In this document: one piece after another, positions 9,627-19,642 of the stretch
Layout of the letters: every line of letters begins with the position of its first letter
Numbering within the stretch: position 1 is the first letter of the stretch
DNA from: an uncultured delta proteobacterium
GTDB taxonomy: Bacteria; Desulfobacterota; Syntrophobacteria; Syntrophobacterales; Syntrophobacteraceae
DNA length: 64,000 bases
Assembly (NCBI GenBank): GCA_963767585.1
Contig: CAVYEB010000002.1
Coordinates: 2,080,865 to 2,144,864, forward strand
Direction: 5' to 3'
Notes under the pieces: generated by a model
The model's database searches: none
Seen by the model: the letters and a program-made list of their open reading frames with translations, nothing else
Told to the model about the DNA's origin: nothing
Made by a program: the position numbers and the translations under genes

Positions 9627-9954
9627 TGGGACAGGTCGGGCAGCCGTATTCGCGCTCCCAGGCACAGCCCCACAGATCGCAGTGAAATCCGCTGACATAA
9701 GGGCCGCGCGTACAGGAATCGCAGTCGCGCACCGCGCAGGAATTGCAGCCGCCAGGTTCCGACCGGTCATATCCAGGGTCCCGGGTTTGTGCGCCATTGT
9801 ATGCGGTCGAACTATACAGCGGCCGGGCGGCCGACGAATTATAAGTCCATCCGGGTGCTGTCGTGACCGTACCGGCGAAGGTCGCCGGGGTGGGCAGAGT
9901 TGCACCGGCAAAAAGTATGATAAGGGCGATAAATATGAATTTTGTGCCGTTCAT
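9619..9954 (-). CDS. small secreted Cys-rich protein (family member P1)
   Basis: AAGGAG-N8-ATG. Signal peptide MNGTKFIFIALIILFAGATLPTPATFA. The mature part has 10 Cys, including AVRDCDSC and CDLWGC. Confidence 0.6.
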   Translation of the reverse strand: MNGTKFIFIALIILFAGATLPTPATFAGTVTTAPGWTYNSSAARPLYSSTAYNGAQTRDPGYDRSEPGGCNSCAVRDCDSCTRGPYVSGFHCDLWGCAWEREYGCPTCPIM

Positions 9955-10025
9955 GGGAAAGGCTCCTTTCCGGACTGGCGGTCGCCGGGTGTAAAAAACA
10001 CAAGGGACGTTTTGCGCAAATGGGT

Positions 10026-10319
10026 TCACCTCACCTGTGGCATCCCGCAAGTGTTCCTAAGGTCGCAGCGATAATCGCAGGTGTTGGGGTTTATTCCACA
10101 ATAATGTGTCTGCATGTCGGTATCGAAGCGAGGGTCCCAGTCTCCCATCCATCTGTAGTCTGAAGGGCTGTCGAACAACCTCGCCACAATCAGGCAGTTC
10201 TGCCAGGTACATCCGCATTTGTACTCAGCCGATGCGCTACCGGTCAGAACAACCGGCATGATGACCGCCGTCGTTATAATAAAAATCAGAGCAAAGGCGC
10301 CGAGTTTTTCGCCATTCAT
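10026..10319 (-). CDS. small secreted Cys-rich protein (family member P2)
   Basis: AAGGAG-N7-ATG. Signal peptide MNGEKLGAFALIFIITTAVIMPVVLTGSASA. The mature part has 8 Cys and ends in a CDLRNTC tail. Confidence 0.6.
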   Translation of the reverse strand: MNGEKLGAFALIFIITTAVIMPVVLTGSASAEYKCGCTWQNCLIVARLFDSPSDYRWMGDWDPRFDTDMQTHYCGINPNTCDYRCDLRNTCGMPQVR

Positions 10320-10360
10320 GAAAATACTCCTTATGGACAGGAACATCGGAAGGGTACTCC

Positions 10361-10456
10361 GGCGGACCCTTACTTCCTTTCGGGTCTCCCGCTATAAGCG
10401 TGACCTGATGCGACGCGTATAGTCCGCGCCCGATCCTTTGTGAGGGCGGACCCTCT
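10361..10456 (-). repeat. REP/MITE-like dispersed element, family A
   Basis: The reverse complement matches 61735-61830 (gatcgggcg.ggactatacgc.tcgcatcaggtcacgcttatagcgggagacccg), with gagggcggaccctc-type ends. Confidence 0.85.
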
Positions 10457-10594
10457 TTGGTAAAAAGCTAAAGATATTTTTCTTTTTGAAAAGAGGGGTT
10501 ACCGAAAATATAATGGATAATCCTTTTACGTATTTAATATCTTTCGATTTATTTTCTTAAATATTTTCCTCCTGCCCTGTGTCCTCGCGACATA

Positions 10595-10624
10595 CTCAGT
10601 CCTCAGTCCTCAGTCCTCAGTCCT
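10595..10624 (-). repeat. GGACTGA heptamer array (about 4.3 copies)
   Basis: ctcagtc x4, read directly. Confidence 0.95.
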
Positions 10625-10786
10625 GGTGCTTCGCACACTCGGGCCTTGACTTCCAATCGGGAGATTAATACAAGCGGTCTGGAAACATGAAGTTTGCGTG
10701 TGGAGAGAAGAGCAGGGGAAATATTTAAATTCCTTTGCCCGTTTTCAATGCCTGTTTTTTTTCAGTATAGATCGAAAGGATTAGTG

Positions 10787-11704
10787 ATGAAAAACTGGGC
10801 TTTCCTTTTTCCTGGGCAGGGATCGCAATACGTTGGAATGGGGCGTGAATTCCATGACAACTACAGCGAAGTGCGGGAGTTATTCCGGAACGCAAGCGAT
10901 ATCCTGAAAATGGATATTGCCAAGCTATGCTTCGAAGGCCCTGACGATGTGCTGGTGTTGACGGAAAACGTCCAGCCGGCCATTACCGTCGTGAACCTGG
11001 CGTGTCTGACCGTGCTTCGGCTCCATGAAATCTTCCCGGCCGCCGCCGCCGGGCACAGCCTGGGGGAGTACAGCGCGCTCTATGCGGCTGGGGCGACGAA
11101 CCTGGAAGATACGCTCAAGCTGGTTCGACACAGGGGGAAATTCATGCAGGAGGCGGCCATAATGGAGCCGGGAGGCATGGCCGCAATAATAGACCTGCAA
11201 GAGGAAAAAATCCGCGAGATCTGCAAGGAGTCGGGAGCCGAAGTCGCAAACATAAATTGCGTTGAGCAGATCATAATTACCGGGCCTGAAGTCGAGGTAA
11301 ACAGCGCGGCTGTGATGTGCGAAAAGGCCGGCGCCAAAATGTGCGTGAAGCTCAATGTGAGCGGACCGTGGCACAGTCGGTGTATGGAATATGCGCGCGA
11401 GAAGTTCAAACCGGTCCTTCGGGAATGTGCTTTCAAAGATCCCCAAATTCCGGTCGTAAATAACGTAGACGCACAAATCCCCGGGGGAGGCTCGGAACTC
11501 CAGGACAAACTGAGCCGCCAGATATGCAGCCCGGTCATGTGGAAGCAATCCATGGAGCATCTGATTGAGCGTGGCTTCGATCAATTTGTCGAAGTTGGGC
11601 CGAAGAAAGTATTGCGAGGGCTCATGCGCAGAATCGATCGAAAGGTAAAAGTGTTGGGCGTTGAGGACAACGCAAGCCTTGCAGCTTTTCTGCAGGCTAA
11701 CTGA
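10787..11704 (+). CDS. fabD: malonyl-CoA:ACP transacylase
   Basis: MKNWAFLFPGQGSQYVGMG and GHSLGEYSAL motifs. Confidence 0.9.
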   Translation: MKNWAFLFPGQGSQYVGMGREFHDNYSEVRELFRNASDILKMDIAKLCFEGPDDVLVLTENVQPAITVVNLACLTVLRLHEIFPAAAAGHSLGEYSALYAAGATNLEDTLKLVRHRGKFMQEAAIMEPGGMAAIIDLQEEKIREICKESGAEVANINCVEQIIITGPEVEVNSAAVMCEKAGAKMCVKLNVSGPWHSRCMEYAREKFKPVLRECAFKDPQIPVVNNVDAQIPGGGSELQDKLSRQICSPVMWKQSMEHLIERGFDQFVEVGPKKVLRGLMRRIDRKVKVLGVEDNASLAAFLQAN

Positions 11705-11706
11705 AA

Positions 11707-11748
11707 GGCAATTAGGAATGAGCAATGAGCAATTAGGAATGAAGGAAT
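11707..11748 (+). repeat. AATTAGGAATG-family word array
   Basis: ggcaattaggaatgagcaatgagcaattaggaatgaagg, directly after the fabD stop. Confidence 0.9.
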
Positions 11749-11760
11749 AAGATTGAATCC

Positions 11761-12624
11761 GTGAACTGCGCCATTGAAATACAAGGGCTCCGTAAAATCT
11801 ATAGAGATTTTTCTTTAAACGACATCTCTTTTTGTTTGCCGACTGGCCATATCATGGGATTTGTCGGCCAGAACGGCGCGGGTAAAACAACTACAATTCG
11901 CCTCATCTTAAACATGACCTCCCGGGACCGCGGGAATATAAAAATACTCGGAATGGACAATATTCTCGACGAACAAAAAGTAAAACAGAACATTGGCGCT
12001 GTTTTTGATGAATCTTTTTTCGCGGAAACCTGGAAAGTTTCCGATGTTGAAAAAGCAATTAAGAGTTTTTACACAAATTGGAATAGTACCTTGTACCTTC
12101 AGCATGTGAAATATTTTAACCTGTCCTTAAATAAAAAGGTAAAAGAGTTATCCCGTGGAATGAAAATGAAGTTGATGCTTGCCGTTGCCATGTCTTATAA
12201 CGCCAAGCTTCTAATTCTTGACGAACCTACAAGCGGAATAGATCCAGTAGCCCGTAATGAACTTCTTGAAATATTAAGTGCGTATGTTTCCGACGGACAA
12301 AAAAGTATATTTTTTTCGACTCATATAACTACAGACCTGGAAAAAATAGCGGATTACATAGCACTGATAGATAACGGCGATATCTTTTACTCAGGAACGA
12401 TAGACGACATTTTGAAGAAGTTTTACTTAATCAAAGGTGATCTGAATGAACTAACAAAGGAATTGCGTGAGAGGGTAATCGGGCTTTCTACCTACAGAAC
12501 TGAATTTCAAGGGCTGATACCAGTTGACGAGGTAAAAGGACGCTTGCCTGAAAACATCATTTTGACAACGCCTGCCATAGATGAACTTTTAGTTCACATA
12601 AGTAACCGAAATAAACATGAATAA
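11761..12624 (+). CDS. ABC transporter ATP-binding protein (AT-rich insert)
   Basis: Walker A GQNGAGKTT, signature LSRGMKMKL, Walker B LLILDEP. GTG start. Confidence 0.85.
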   Translation: MNCAIEIQGLRKIYRDFSLNDISFCLPTGHIMGFVGQNGAGKTTTIRLILNMTSRDRGNIKILGMDNILDEQKVKQNIGAVFDESFFAETWKVSDVEKAIKSFYTNWNSTLYLQHVKYFNLSLNKKVKELSRGMKMKLMLAVAMSYNAKLLILDEPTSGIDPVARNELLEILSAYVSDGQKSIFFSTHITTDLEKIADYIALIDNGDIFYSGTIDDILKKFYLIKGDLNELTKELRERVIGLSTYRTEFQGLIPVDEVKGRLPENIILTTPAIDELLVHISNRNKHE

Positions 12625-13273
12625 TATCTTAAATTCAATAAAACTGGATTATTATATTGTGAGATCGACCTCACTTAGGATTTTAGTATTCGTTATCGGT
12701 ATTGCGACACTTGCAGGGGTTATTTCATCAAATCCGCCGCTGATAATTTTTATCATATCGATGACATCGGGTTTTTTCATGGGCGGTGTTTTTGCCGTAG
12801 TCGAAAAAAATAATCTGGATAAATTATACGGGATTCTGCCTGTAGAAAAACAACAGATTGTAATAGGCCGCTATGCATTCACACTAATTATCGGCATTTT
12901 GAGTGAGGTGCTGGCAGCAGTTCTGGCATTTTTCGTCTCATTCATCTTGGGTCTTAAGTTTAGCTGCCTGACGTTCTTGGCATGGGCCTGCGGTTCGTTT
13001 TTCCTTTTTTGCCTGCTTGCTTCCATGCAATTTCCAATTTATTTTAGATATGATTTTTCAAAAGTATCCGCAATAGCAAATATGCCAATTATCATATTGT
13101 TTATAAGTTGCAGTGCTTTAATAAAACACCGTCCCGAATTGTTCGGTCAAACTGTTAATTTTTTCACTCATCGTCAATATATGATCTGGCTGATCGGGAT
13201 AGTCGGCGGCCTATTATTGCTCGGCATCTCGATGTTTCTGTCATCTATTCTCTATAAGAATCATGATTTATGA
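12617..13273 (+). CDS. ABC-2-type membrane permease partner
   Basis: 218-aa ORF with about 6 TM helices, overlapping the ATPase stop by 8 nt. Very AT-rich. Confidence 0.65.
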   Translation: MNNILNSIKLDYYIVRSTSLRILVFVIGIATLAGVISSNPPLIIFIISMTSGFFMGGVFAVVEKNNLDKLYGILPVEKQQIVIGRYAFTLIIGILSEVLAAVLAFFVSFILGLKFSCLTFLAWACGSFFLFCLLASMQFPIYFRYDFSKVSAIANMPIIILFISCSALIKHRPELFGQTVNFFTHRQYMIWLIGIVGGLLLLGISMFLSSILYKNHDL

Positions 13274-13292
13274 ATAATCCCGAGGCCGAAAC

Positions 13293-13312
13293 TCCTCAGT
13301 CCTCAGTCCTCA
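13293..13312 (-). repeat. GGACTGA heptamer array supplying the DUF169 stop codon
   Basis: tcctcagtcctcagtcctca. The minus strand reads AAA GAA TGA GGA CTG AGG ACT GAG. Confidence 0.9.
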
Positions 13313-14152
13313 TTCTTTGGGCGGCTTCCACATCAGGTACGGGCAGAGCTTGCACATATTGAATCCGGGGTAGGTCTCACCTGTTCGGGGTAAAGAGACC
13401 CCTCCGTCGCGCACAGTCCTCTGGAGCATCCATCTGATGGTGGGTTCAAGGTGATCGCCCGGCCATATCCAATTTATTTCGCCCTGCTCGGTTTTTCCTG
13501 CCGTGTAGCTGCCGCTGCACATCGTGGTTATATTCGGCTTTCCAGTCACGTGCACGGCCGTCACGCCGTGGCAGGCTGAACTGCCCATGGTCATTACCGT
13601 TTCTAAGGGATGTATATCCATCGCTGCACACCAGTCGGTTCCGAGGTGATATGCCTGGAGCACGTCGCTGATCCCGTGGATTACATCAGGGGCAAAAGGG
13701 GCTTTGTGTATCGGAGCGGTGGCGAAGGCAAGCAACCCCTTGGGAAGCCTCTTCTTGGTCTTGACAAACCGCTCGGCCTGGGCCGGGTCTTTAGTGTACT
13801 TGAGATGGCTTTTCACTTCTCCTTCATCGAACTCCTTCCACCCGAAAACATAACGGGCATTCGTGCAGCCCAGACCTGCCGGTTCGGCAAGCACGACGTC
13901 CCCGCGTTGCCGTGAGGTCGCCAGGGAGTGGCAAAAGGTGAACCCGTGCTTTGGGGCCACATAATCGCCCCGGGCTTTGAAAGCAGCAAGCTCGTCGGAA
14001 TTGAAGAAAAATTTTACCCCGACGGGATAATATTTCATGCGAAGGAGATTCCTGAGGACAAGGGTGATATCGGCCCCATCAAGCTTCTCCTTTTCCAGCA
14101 TGGCTTTTGCGAATTCCACATCGTTCAGGAAAAGGGAGGAATTAATTGCCAT
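13310..14152 (-). CDS. DUF169 family protein
   Basis: 280-aa ORF. The YPVGVKFF...FCH... pattern is recalled for DUF169. Confidence 0.6.
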   Translation of the reverse strand: MAINSSLFLNDVEFAKAMLEKEKLDGADITLVLRNLLRMKYYPVGVKFFFNSDELAAFKARGDYVAPKHGFTFCHSLATSRQRGDVVLAEPAGLGCTNARYVFGWKEFDEGEVKSHLKYTKDPAQAERFVKTKKRLPKGLLAFATAPIHKAPFAPDVIHGISDVLQAYHLGTDWCAAMDIHPLETVMTMGSSACHGVTAVHVTGKPNITTMCSGSYTAGKTEQGEINWIWPGDHLEPTIRWMLQRTVRDGGVSLPRTGETYPGFNMCKLCPYLMWKPPKE

Positions 14153-14254
14153 TTCGTACTCCTTCCGCCTATTGAGTCTGCAAAAAGTGTTTTTCTATTT
14201 TAGCTGACTGGAATTTCCGGGCAACAAATATTACTAAAACGCAGTGGAGGGGCT

Positions 14255-14974
14255 GTGAAAGAAGACCGGAAAATCTCCAGGCGCTCCTTCCTGGCCGCAG
14301 CAGGAGGCGCCATAATAAGCATCGGGCTGCCTGGAGTTTTCAGGAAGCTCTCGAACGCTGAGCAATGCGCTCTGGCTGCCGACATCAGACCGGACGGCAG
14401 GCATCGTCTCCCCCCCGGCCAGCAGGCAATCGAAAAGATCGAGGATATGGGCGGCACGCCTGGAACTGCTACTGTTGCTGACTGGAGCATGCGCGTCTAC
14501 GGTGAGGTGGAAAAACCAGCCGTTTTCTCCTATCAGGAGCTGCTCAGCTTTGACCAGGCGCATATCACCTGCGACATACACTGTGTCACCGGCTGGACTC
14601 TTCTGGATTCCGAATGGAGCGGCGTTCGTCTGGCGACAATCATGGATATGGTTAAGCCTCGCGGGAGTGGGGCGTTTGTCATTTTCGAGGCCGCCGCAGG
14701 CTTCACGAGCAATGTACCCATTGGGGACACCCTAAAGGAGAACGCAATCCTTGCCCACAGTTTTTTTGGCGCGAGACTGCCGAAAGAGCACGGCGCGCCT
14801 GTGCGTGTAGTGATCCCCGATCGGTACTTCTACAAAAGCGCCAAGTGGTTGGAAGCTGTCAGGGTCGCATCCCGCGATGAACCCGGATTCTGGGAAAGGC
14901 AAGGCTACAGCAATTCCGCCGATCCATGGAAAGAAGAACGATACCGCAGAGAGGGTCAACATCCGATCACCTGA
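14255..14974 (+). CDS. molybdopterin-dependent oxidoreductase (sulfite oxidase / YedY-like fold) with Tat signal
   Basis: SRRSFLAAAGGA twin-arginine leader. HCVTGWTLLDSEWSGVRL is typical of the Mo-cofactor-binding domain. Confidence 0.7.
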   Translation: MKEDRKISRRSFLAAAGGAIISIGLPGVFRKLSNAEQCALAADIRPDGRHRLPPGQQAIEKIEDMGGTPGTATVADWSMRVYGEVEKPAVFSYQELLSFDQAHITCDIHCVTGWTLLDSEWSGVRLATIMDMVKPRGSGAFVIFEAAAGFTSNVPIGDTLKENAILAHSFFGARLPKEHGAPVRVVIPDRYFYKSAKWLEAVRVASRDEPGFWERQGYSNSADPWKEERYRREGQHPIT

Positions 14975-15417
14975 AAAGGAATATTCGGATTATGCTGGAT
15001 TGCTGTGCAGAACTTCGAGAGCATATCAGTTAAGTCTTCAAACACTTCAGGTTTGGAGAGAAAGGAGGAAGCCCCTGCCTGCTCGCTCAATTCTATGTCT
15101 CGCTTCTCTCTGGATGTGGTGAGGATAAGTATGGGGATGTTCTTTAGTTTCGGATCGGATTTGATTTTTACCAGGGCTTTACGGCCATCTATTCGCGGCA
15201 TATTTAGATCGAGAAGGATCAGGTTGGGCATGGGATATTTTTCATGGTCCGTAAAATCGCCTTCATTGTACAGGTAGTCCAGGAGTTCCTGCCCATCCCC
15301 TACAAAGCGCAAATCATGGGCAAGACTCATCTCTTGAAACGCTGCTTCGACGAGAAGGCAATCGTCCTCGTCATCATCCGCCATAAGAACTACGAATGCA
15401 GGATCTTGCCTCTCCAT
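14956..15417 (-). CDS. single-domain response regulator
   Basis: DDDEDD...LILLDLNMP...TTS...SFLSKP receiver motifs. Confidence 0.85.
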   Translation of the reverse strand: MERQDPAFVVLMADDDEDDCLLVEAAFQEMSLAHDLRFVGDGQELLDYLYNEGDFTDHEKYPMPNLILLDLNMPRIDGRKALVKIKSDPKLKNIPILILTTSREKRDIELSEQAGASSFLSKPEVFEDLTDMLSKFCTAIQHNPNIPFQVIGC

Positions 15418-16910
15418 TAAGCGCCCTTTTCTTGCCCGGTCGGGATGGTCACAACGAAGGTTGTGCCTTGCTCCGGGATACTCCTTACGGTAATTTCACC
15501 ACCATGCCGGTTCACGATCTTTTTGCAAATGGCGAGTCCCATGCCGATTCCACTGCAAGGGGAATTTTTACCATGCAGCCGCTGAAAAGGCTTAAAAATC
15601 TGTTGGCAATAACATTCATCAAAACCTATACCGTTGTCCTCGATCATAACCTGGCAGGTTCCATCGACAATGCTCCCGTAAATTTTCACGACGGGTGGTT
15701 CCGATTCCCTCCGGTACTTCATTGAATTTCCTATGAAGTTCTGAAAGAGCTGGCGCATGAGCGTAGCGTCTGCATCCACGGTTGGCAGCTCGCAAATCTC
15801 CACACTCCCTTTGGTCTTCTTGATCAAAAATTCCAGATCGCTGGCTGCGTCTTTGGCAACTTCGGTTAGGGATATAAGCTTGTAATTTAGCTGGCTCGTG
15901 CCGGACCTGGAGTAATCGAGCAGGGAGCGCAGCAATTCCGACATGCGGTTTGCCGCTTTTATCATACGCCCCATGTGGTCTTGGGCTTCGGGATTAAGGG
16001 TTTCGTTGTGTTTTCTTACGAGGATGTTCCCGAAAGTTTGTATCTTGCGGAGTGGTTCCTGGAGATCGTGAGCGGCGATAAAAGCGAATTCTTGTAATTC
16101 ATCGTTGAGCTGTTCCAGTTTAAGCATGTTTGATCTCAGGGCTTCCTCCGCGAGCTTTTTCGCCGTAATATCCCGGTTTACTTCGAGGAATCCCGTTGGT
16201 TCGCCGTCCTTTCCCTGCCTTAAAGCCCACCGGCTCTCCACAACTAATTCTTTCCCCACGGAAGTAGTCTGCCGCAATTCTCCCTCCCACCGTCCCGATT
16301 CGAGCACCTGGTCCACGATCTGATCTATAGGCTCCGGAAACCTCGTATGCAAAAGGTCTTGAGTAACCTTGCCGAGAGCCTCTTCCCTGGTGAACCCGTA
16401 CAGTTCCACTGCACCGTCATTCCAGAATTGTACAGTGTGATCCAATCCCCGGACAAACATGGCATCATGCGCCAAATTGAGAAGCGCAGCCTGCTTCTGC
16501 AAATCCTTCTCCGTCCGCTTTCTTTCAATGGCATAGAGGATGGAACGGGACAGCAGGGGGCCATCCACCTGCCCCTTTACGAGGTAGTCCTGTGCTCCTT
16601 CTTGAACTGCTCTGGTGGCGACCGTCTCGTCATCGATTCCCGTCAGAACAATAATGGGCAAATCGGATGCTTCGGTCAGTAATCTTAAAAAGGTATCGAA
16701 ACCCTGGCTGTCGGGCAGTGAGAGATCCAACAGAATGGCGTCTACAGGCCGTTCGCTTTCTTTTAGGTACTGCAATCCGTCACGCAGTCTCGATTTATGA
16801 ATGAGATCAAACCTCGAAGCATGGCGCCCGGTTCGTATGATTTCCGCTATGAACCTGGCGTCCGCAGGGTTATCCTCTATCAACAGCACCTTGATGCTTC
16901 CATGTTCCAT
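15417..16910 (-). CDS. hybrid REC-PAS-HisKA-HATPase sensor histidine kinase
   Basis: N-terminal receiver (LLIEDNPADA...LLDLSLPD), a PAS domain, an [11 protein letters not shown]-box and an ATPase G-boxes region. Confidence 0.88.
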   Translation of the reverse strand: MEHGSIKVLLIEDNPADARFIAEIIRTGRHASRFDLIHKSRLRDGLQYLKESERPVDAILLDLSLPDSQGFDTFLRLLTEASDLPIIVLTGIDDETVATRAVQEGAQDYLVKGQVDGPLLSRSILYAIERKRTEKDLQKQAALLNLAHDAMFVRGLDHTVQFWNDGAVELYGFTREEALGKVTQDLLHTRFPEPIDQIVDQVLESGRWEGELRQTTSVGKELVVESRWALRQGKDGEPTGFLEVNRDITAKKLAEEALRSNMLKLEQLNDELQEFAFIAAHDLQEPLRKIQTFGNILVRKHNETLNPEAQDHMGRMIKAANRMSELLRSLLDYSRSGTSQLNYKLISLTEVAKDAASDLEFLIKKTKGSVEICELPTVDADATLMRQLFQNFIGNSMKYRRESEPPVVKIYGSIVDGTCQVMIEDNGIGFDECYCQQIFKPFQRLHGKNSPCSGIGMGLAICKKIVNRHGGEITVRSIPEQGTTFVVTIPTGQEKGA

Positions 16911-16940
16911 ATCTGCACTCCGGAGACATACCTGCTGAAA

Positions 16941-17396
16941 TTACCTGCTTGAATCGGGAGGTAATTTGACGATCGTGAGCCAAAAGCTCTCGATAGCCTT
17001 TACCACTATCATGAACTGCTCCAGGTTGATGGGTTTGGTGATATAGCAGTTCGCGTGCAGATTGTAGGATTTCAGAATATCTTCATCGGACTTCGATGTT
17101 GTGATGACAACCACGGGGATTACCTTTAGATTTTCATCCTGCTTTATTTCCCTGAGCACCTCCCGACCATCTTTCTTGGGCAGGTTGAGGTCGAGGAGGA
17201 TAAGGTCGGGACGGGGACAGTCGGCATATTTACCCACCTTTTTCAGGAACGCAAGGGCCTCGACGCCATCCGTCGCCACGCTAAGATGGTTGCGCACTTT
17301 AGCATCCTTTAGGGCCTCGACTGTGAGCCTGACGTCACTCGGGCTGTCCTCGACCAGGAGTATTTCAATTGGCTTGCCGGTTTCCATTATATCCAT
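16941..17396 (-). CDS. single-domain response regulator (Rcp1-like)
   Basis: Start trimmed to [35 protein letters not shown] and ITKP motifs. Confidence 0.85.
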   Translation of the reverse strand: MDIMETGKPIEILLVEDSPSDVRLTVEALKDAKVRNHLSVATDGVEALAFLKKVGKYADCPRPDLILLDLNLPKKDGREVLREIKQDENLKVIPVVVITTSKSDEDILKSYNLHANCYITKPINLEQFMIVVKAIESFWLTIVKLPPDSSR

Positions 17397-17403
17397 GATG
17401 ATT

Positions 17404-19146
17404 CTATCCTCTGATGACGGGTATGGTGAAGTAGAAGGTCGCCCCCGTGCCTGGCGCTGAATCCACCCAGATCCTTCCACCATGTTTTTCGACTATTTTC
17501 TTACATATTGCCAGCCCAATACCTGTTCCAGAATATTCGTCTCTGCCGTGCAGACGCTGGAAGACCTGGAATATACGCTGAAAATACTGCTCCTCTATGC
17601 CTAAGCCATTGTCTCGAACTGAAAACAGCCACTCACGCTTCCTCTTCTCGACCCCGATGTGAATGATCGGGGAGCACTGGCCCCGGAATTTTATAGCATT
17701 ACTGAGCAGGTTTTGTAATAACTGCATCAATTGAAGGCGATCTGCCGATACGGTGGGCAGCGGATCGTGGCTTACCCTGGCGCCGCTGTCCTCGATGGCA
17801 AGCTGAAGGTTTAAGAGGGTCTCCTTGAAAACGGCCTCACAGTCGATTGGCTCAAAGGGGTCCTTACGGGTCCCCACACGCGAGTAAGCCAGAAGGTCTT
17901 CGATCAACCTTTGCATTCTGGATGCACCATCCTGGGCATAGAAGATGAAATCATCGGCATCCTGGTCGAGTCTGCCCTTATAACGCTGCGCCAGCAGTTG
18001 CACGTACGAGGATACCGCACGTAAAGGTTCCTGGAGATCGTGAGAGGCGACATAGGCAAACTCACGAAGCTCCGCATTTACCAGTTCCAGGCTTGCCATG
18101 TTAGATCTCAGGGCTTCCTCCGCGAGCTTTTTCGCCGTAATGTCCCGGTTTACTTCGAGGAATCCCGTTGGCTTTCCGTCCTCTCCCCGCCGCAGAGCCC
18201 ACCGGCTCCCGACAACTAATTCTTTCCCACCGGAAGTAGTTTGTCTCAACTCTCCGGCCCACTGCCCCTTATCGATAACCTCGTTCACGACTTGTTCGAG
18301 AGATTCCGGGAACTTTGTCTGAATTAATTCATAAGCAACATTTCCGATAGCTTGCTCGCTGGTGAACCCATACAGGTCTTCCGCCCCTTTGTTCCAGAAA
18401 CTAACTACGTCGGCGGAATCCACTACGAAAATAGCATCGTGAGACAAATCGAGCAGTGCGGCCTGCTTTTGTAAATCCTCGTTGGCGCTGATAAGTCGGT
18501 CTTGCGCCCTCTTGCGGTCTAATATCTCTTGGAAAACCAGGTATCCTGATAAAAGAATAAGCAGGGCAATGAGACAGCAAATAGCAATAAAACCGTACGA
18601 TAAATTATTGAATATAGCTGTGGCCTTAGTATTTCTGACAGAGAGTAATTGTCGCTCCTCCGTTTTCATATCGGAAACGAGCACCCGCATTTCATCCATT
18701 GTTGCCTTACCCGTGTTTGTCAGGATAATTCCCTTTGCCGCCTCAAAACCACTGTCTCGACGGGCTTTTATGGCTTCCTCCAATTCATTTATCTTTTGCG
18801 ATATCAAGGGTTCCAGCAAATCAAAATTTATTTGCTGCCTTTCATTATCCACCGTCATAGCACGAGATGCTCTGGTCATCGCATCTATCTTTTTTGATGC
18901 ATCATTATAAGGTTCAAGATAATCAGGTAAGCCCGTGATGAGATACCCTCGCTGCCCGGTTTCAGCATCCTTCAGTGTAGAAAGCAGTTCATCGAGATTA
19001 TTTATCACCTCGTGCGTATGTATTATCCATTTATTACTTTCTACAAATGAAGCGCCAGTATAAAACCGGAATATAACCAGGCTCATTAAGGATACTATAA
19101 TAAATATCAGCGATAATGACACTGTCCATCTCGTCCATCTCGTCAT
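17404..19146 (-). CDS. CHASE3-PAS-HisKA-HATPase sensor histidine kinase
   Basis: TM helix followed by [30 protein letters not shown] (CHASE3), PAS, and a [10 protein letters not shown]-box. ATG 19146 is preferred over the upstream TTG at 19182. Confidence 0.85.
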   Translation of the reverse strand: MTRWTRWTVSLSLIFIIVSLMSLVIFRFYTGASFVESNKWIIHTHEVINNLDELLSTLKDAETGQRGYLITGLPDYLEPYNDASKKIDAMTRASRAMTVDNERQQINFDLLEPLISQKINELEEAIKARRDSGFEAAKGIILTNTGKATMDEMRVLVSDMKTEERQLLSVRNTKATAIFNNLSYGFIAICCLIALLILLSGYLVFQEILDRKRAQDRLISANEDLQKQAALLDLSHDAIFVVDSADVVSFWNKGAEDLYGFTSEQAIGNVAYELIQTKFPESLEQVVNEVIDKGQWAGELRQTTSGGKELVVGSRWALRRGEDGKPTGFLEVNRDITAKKLAEEALRSNMASLELVNAELREFAYVASHDLQEPLRAVSSYVQLLAQRYKGRLDQDADDFIFYAQDGASRMQRLIEDLLAYSRVGTRKDPFEPIDCEAVFKETLLNLQLAIEDSGARVSHDPLPTVSADRLQLMQLLQNLLSNAIKFRGQCSPIIHIGVEKRKREWLFSVRDNGLGIEEQYFQRIFQVFQRLHGRDEYSGTGIGLAICKKIVEKHGGRIWVDSAPGTGATFYFTIPVIRG

Positions 19147-19642
19147 TTTGAACTCATTCCAGTTTTGAGGCTGCCAAGGCAAAAATCTGCCGATTTACGA
19201 AGGAAGTATAATTGTAAGTGTTGATCCCTTACCAGGAATGCGAATCTTGCCCGGGAAGCTTTTCGGTCAGGTGTGGCGTTCATGAAGGATTTCCTTGGAT
19301 GCGGCGTACATTCTTAAATGCTCTCGGACACCACTCTGGATCAGTCTATTACCTATTTCGACATAGAAAGAAAGGAAAAAGAGGAGGTGTAGGCCTCACC
19401 GAGACCGCGTGGAGATTTCGGTTGAGCAGCGTGGATATGGAGGCTGCGAAACCAATTTTTGCGGTCCTCGGAAGAGCACTGTCAGCTATTCAACTATCTC
19501 TCCTCGGCCTTGACTTTTGGACTGCCTAAATCTTTGCTGTTTCCGAATCTCACTTTGATACTCTTATTCAGCGGAAGATCTGGCGGGCAGCTCATCAGCT
19601 ATTTCAAATGCGGCGCTGCGGTAACAGCGTCGTTCACGACGA

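Noticed and set aside
9276-9911. 211-aa minus-strand ORF overlapping the VOC gene
   Set aside because: It is antisense to, or overlaps, the VOC and P1 genes. Its composition is Arg/Pro-rich and it has no RBS.
19218-19529. 103-aa ORF in the 670-bp spacer between the kinase and the zinc-ribbon gene
   Set aside because: It has a GTG start without an RBS, no recognisable domain and an irregular composition. The region is left unannotated.
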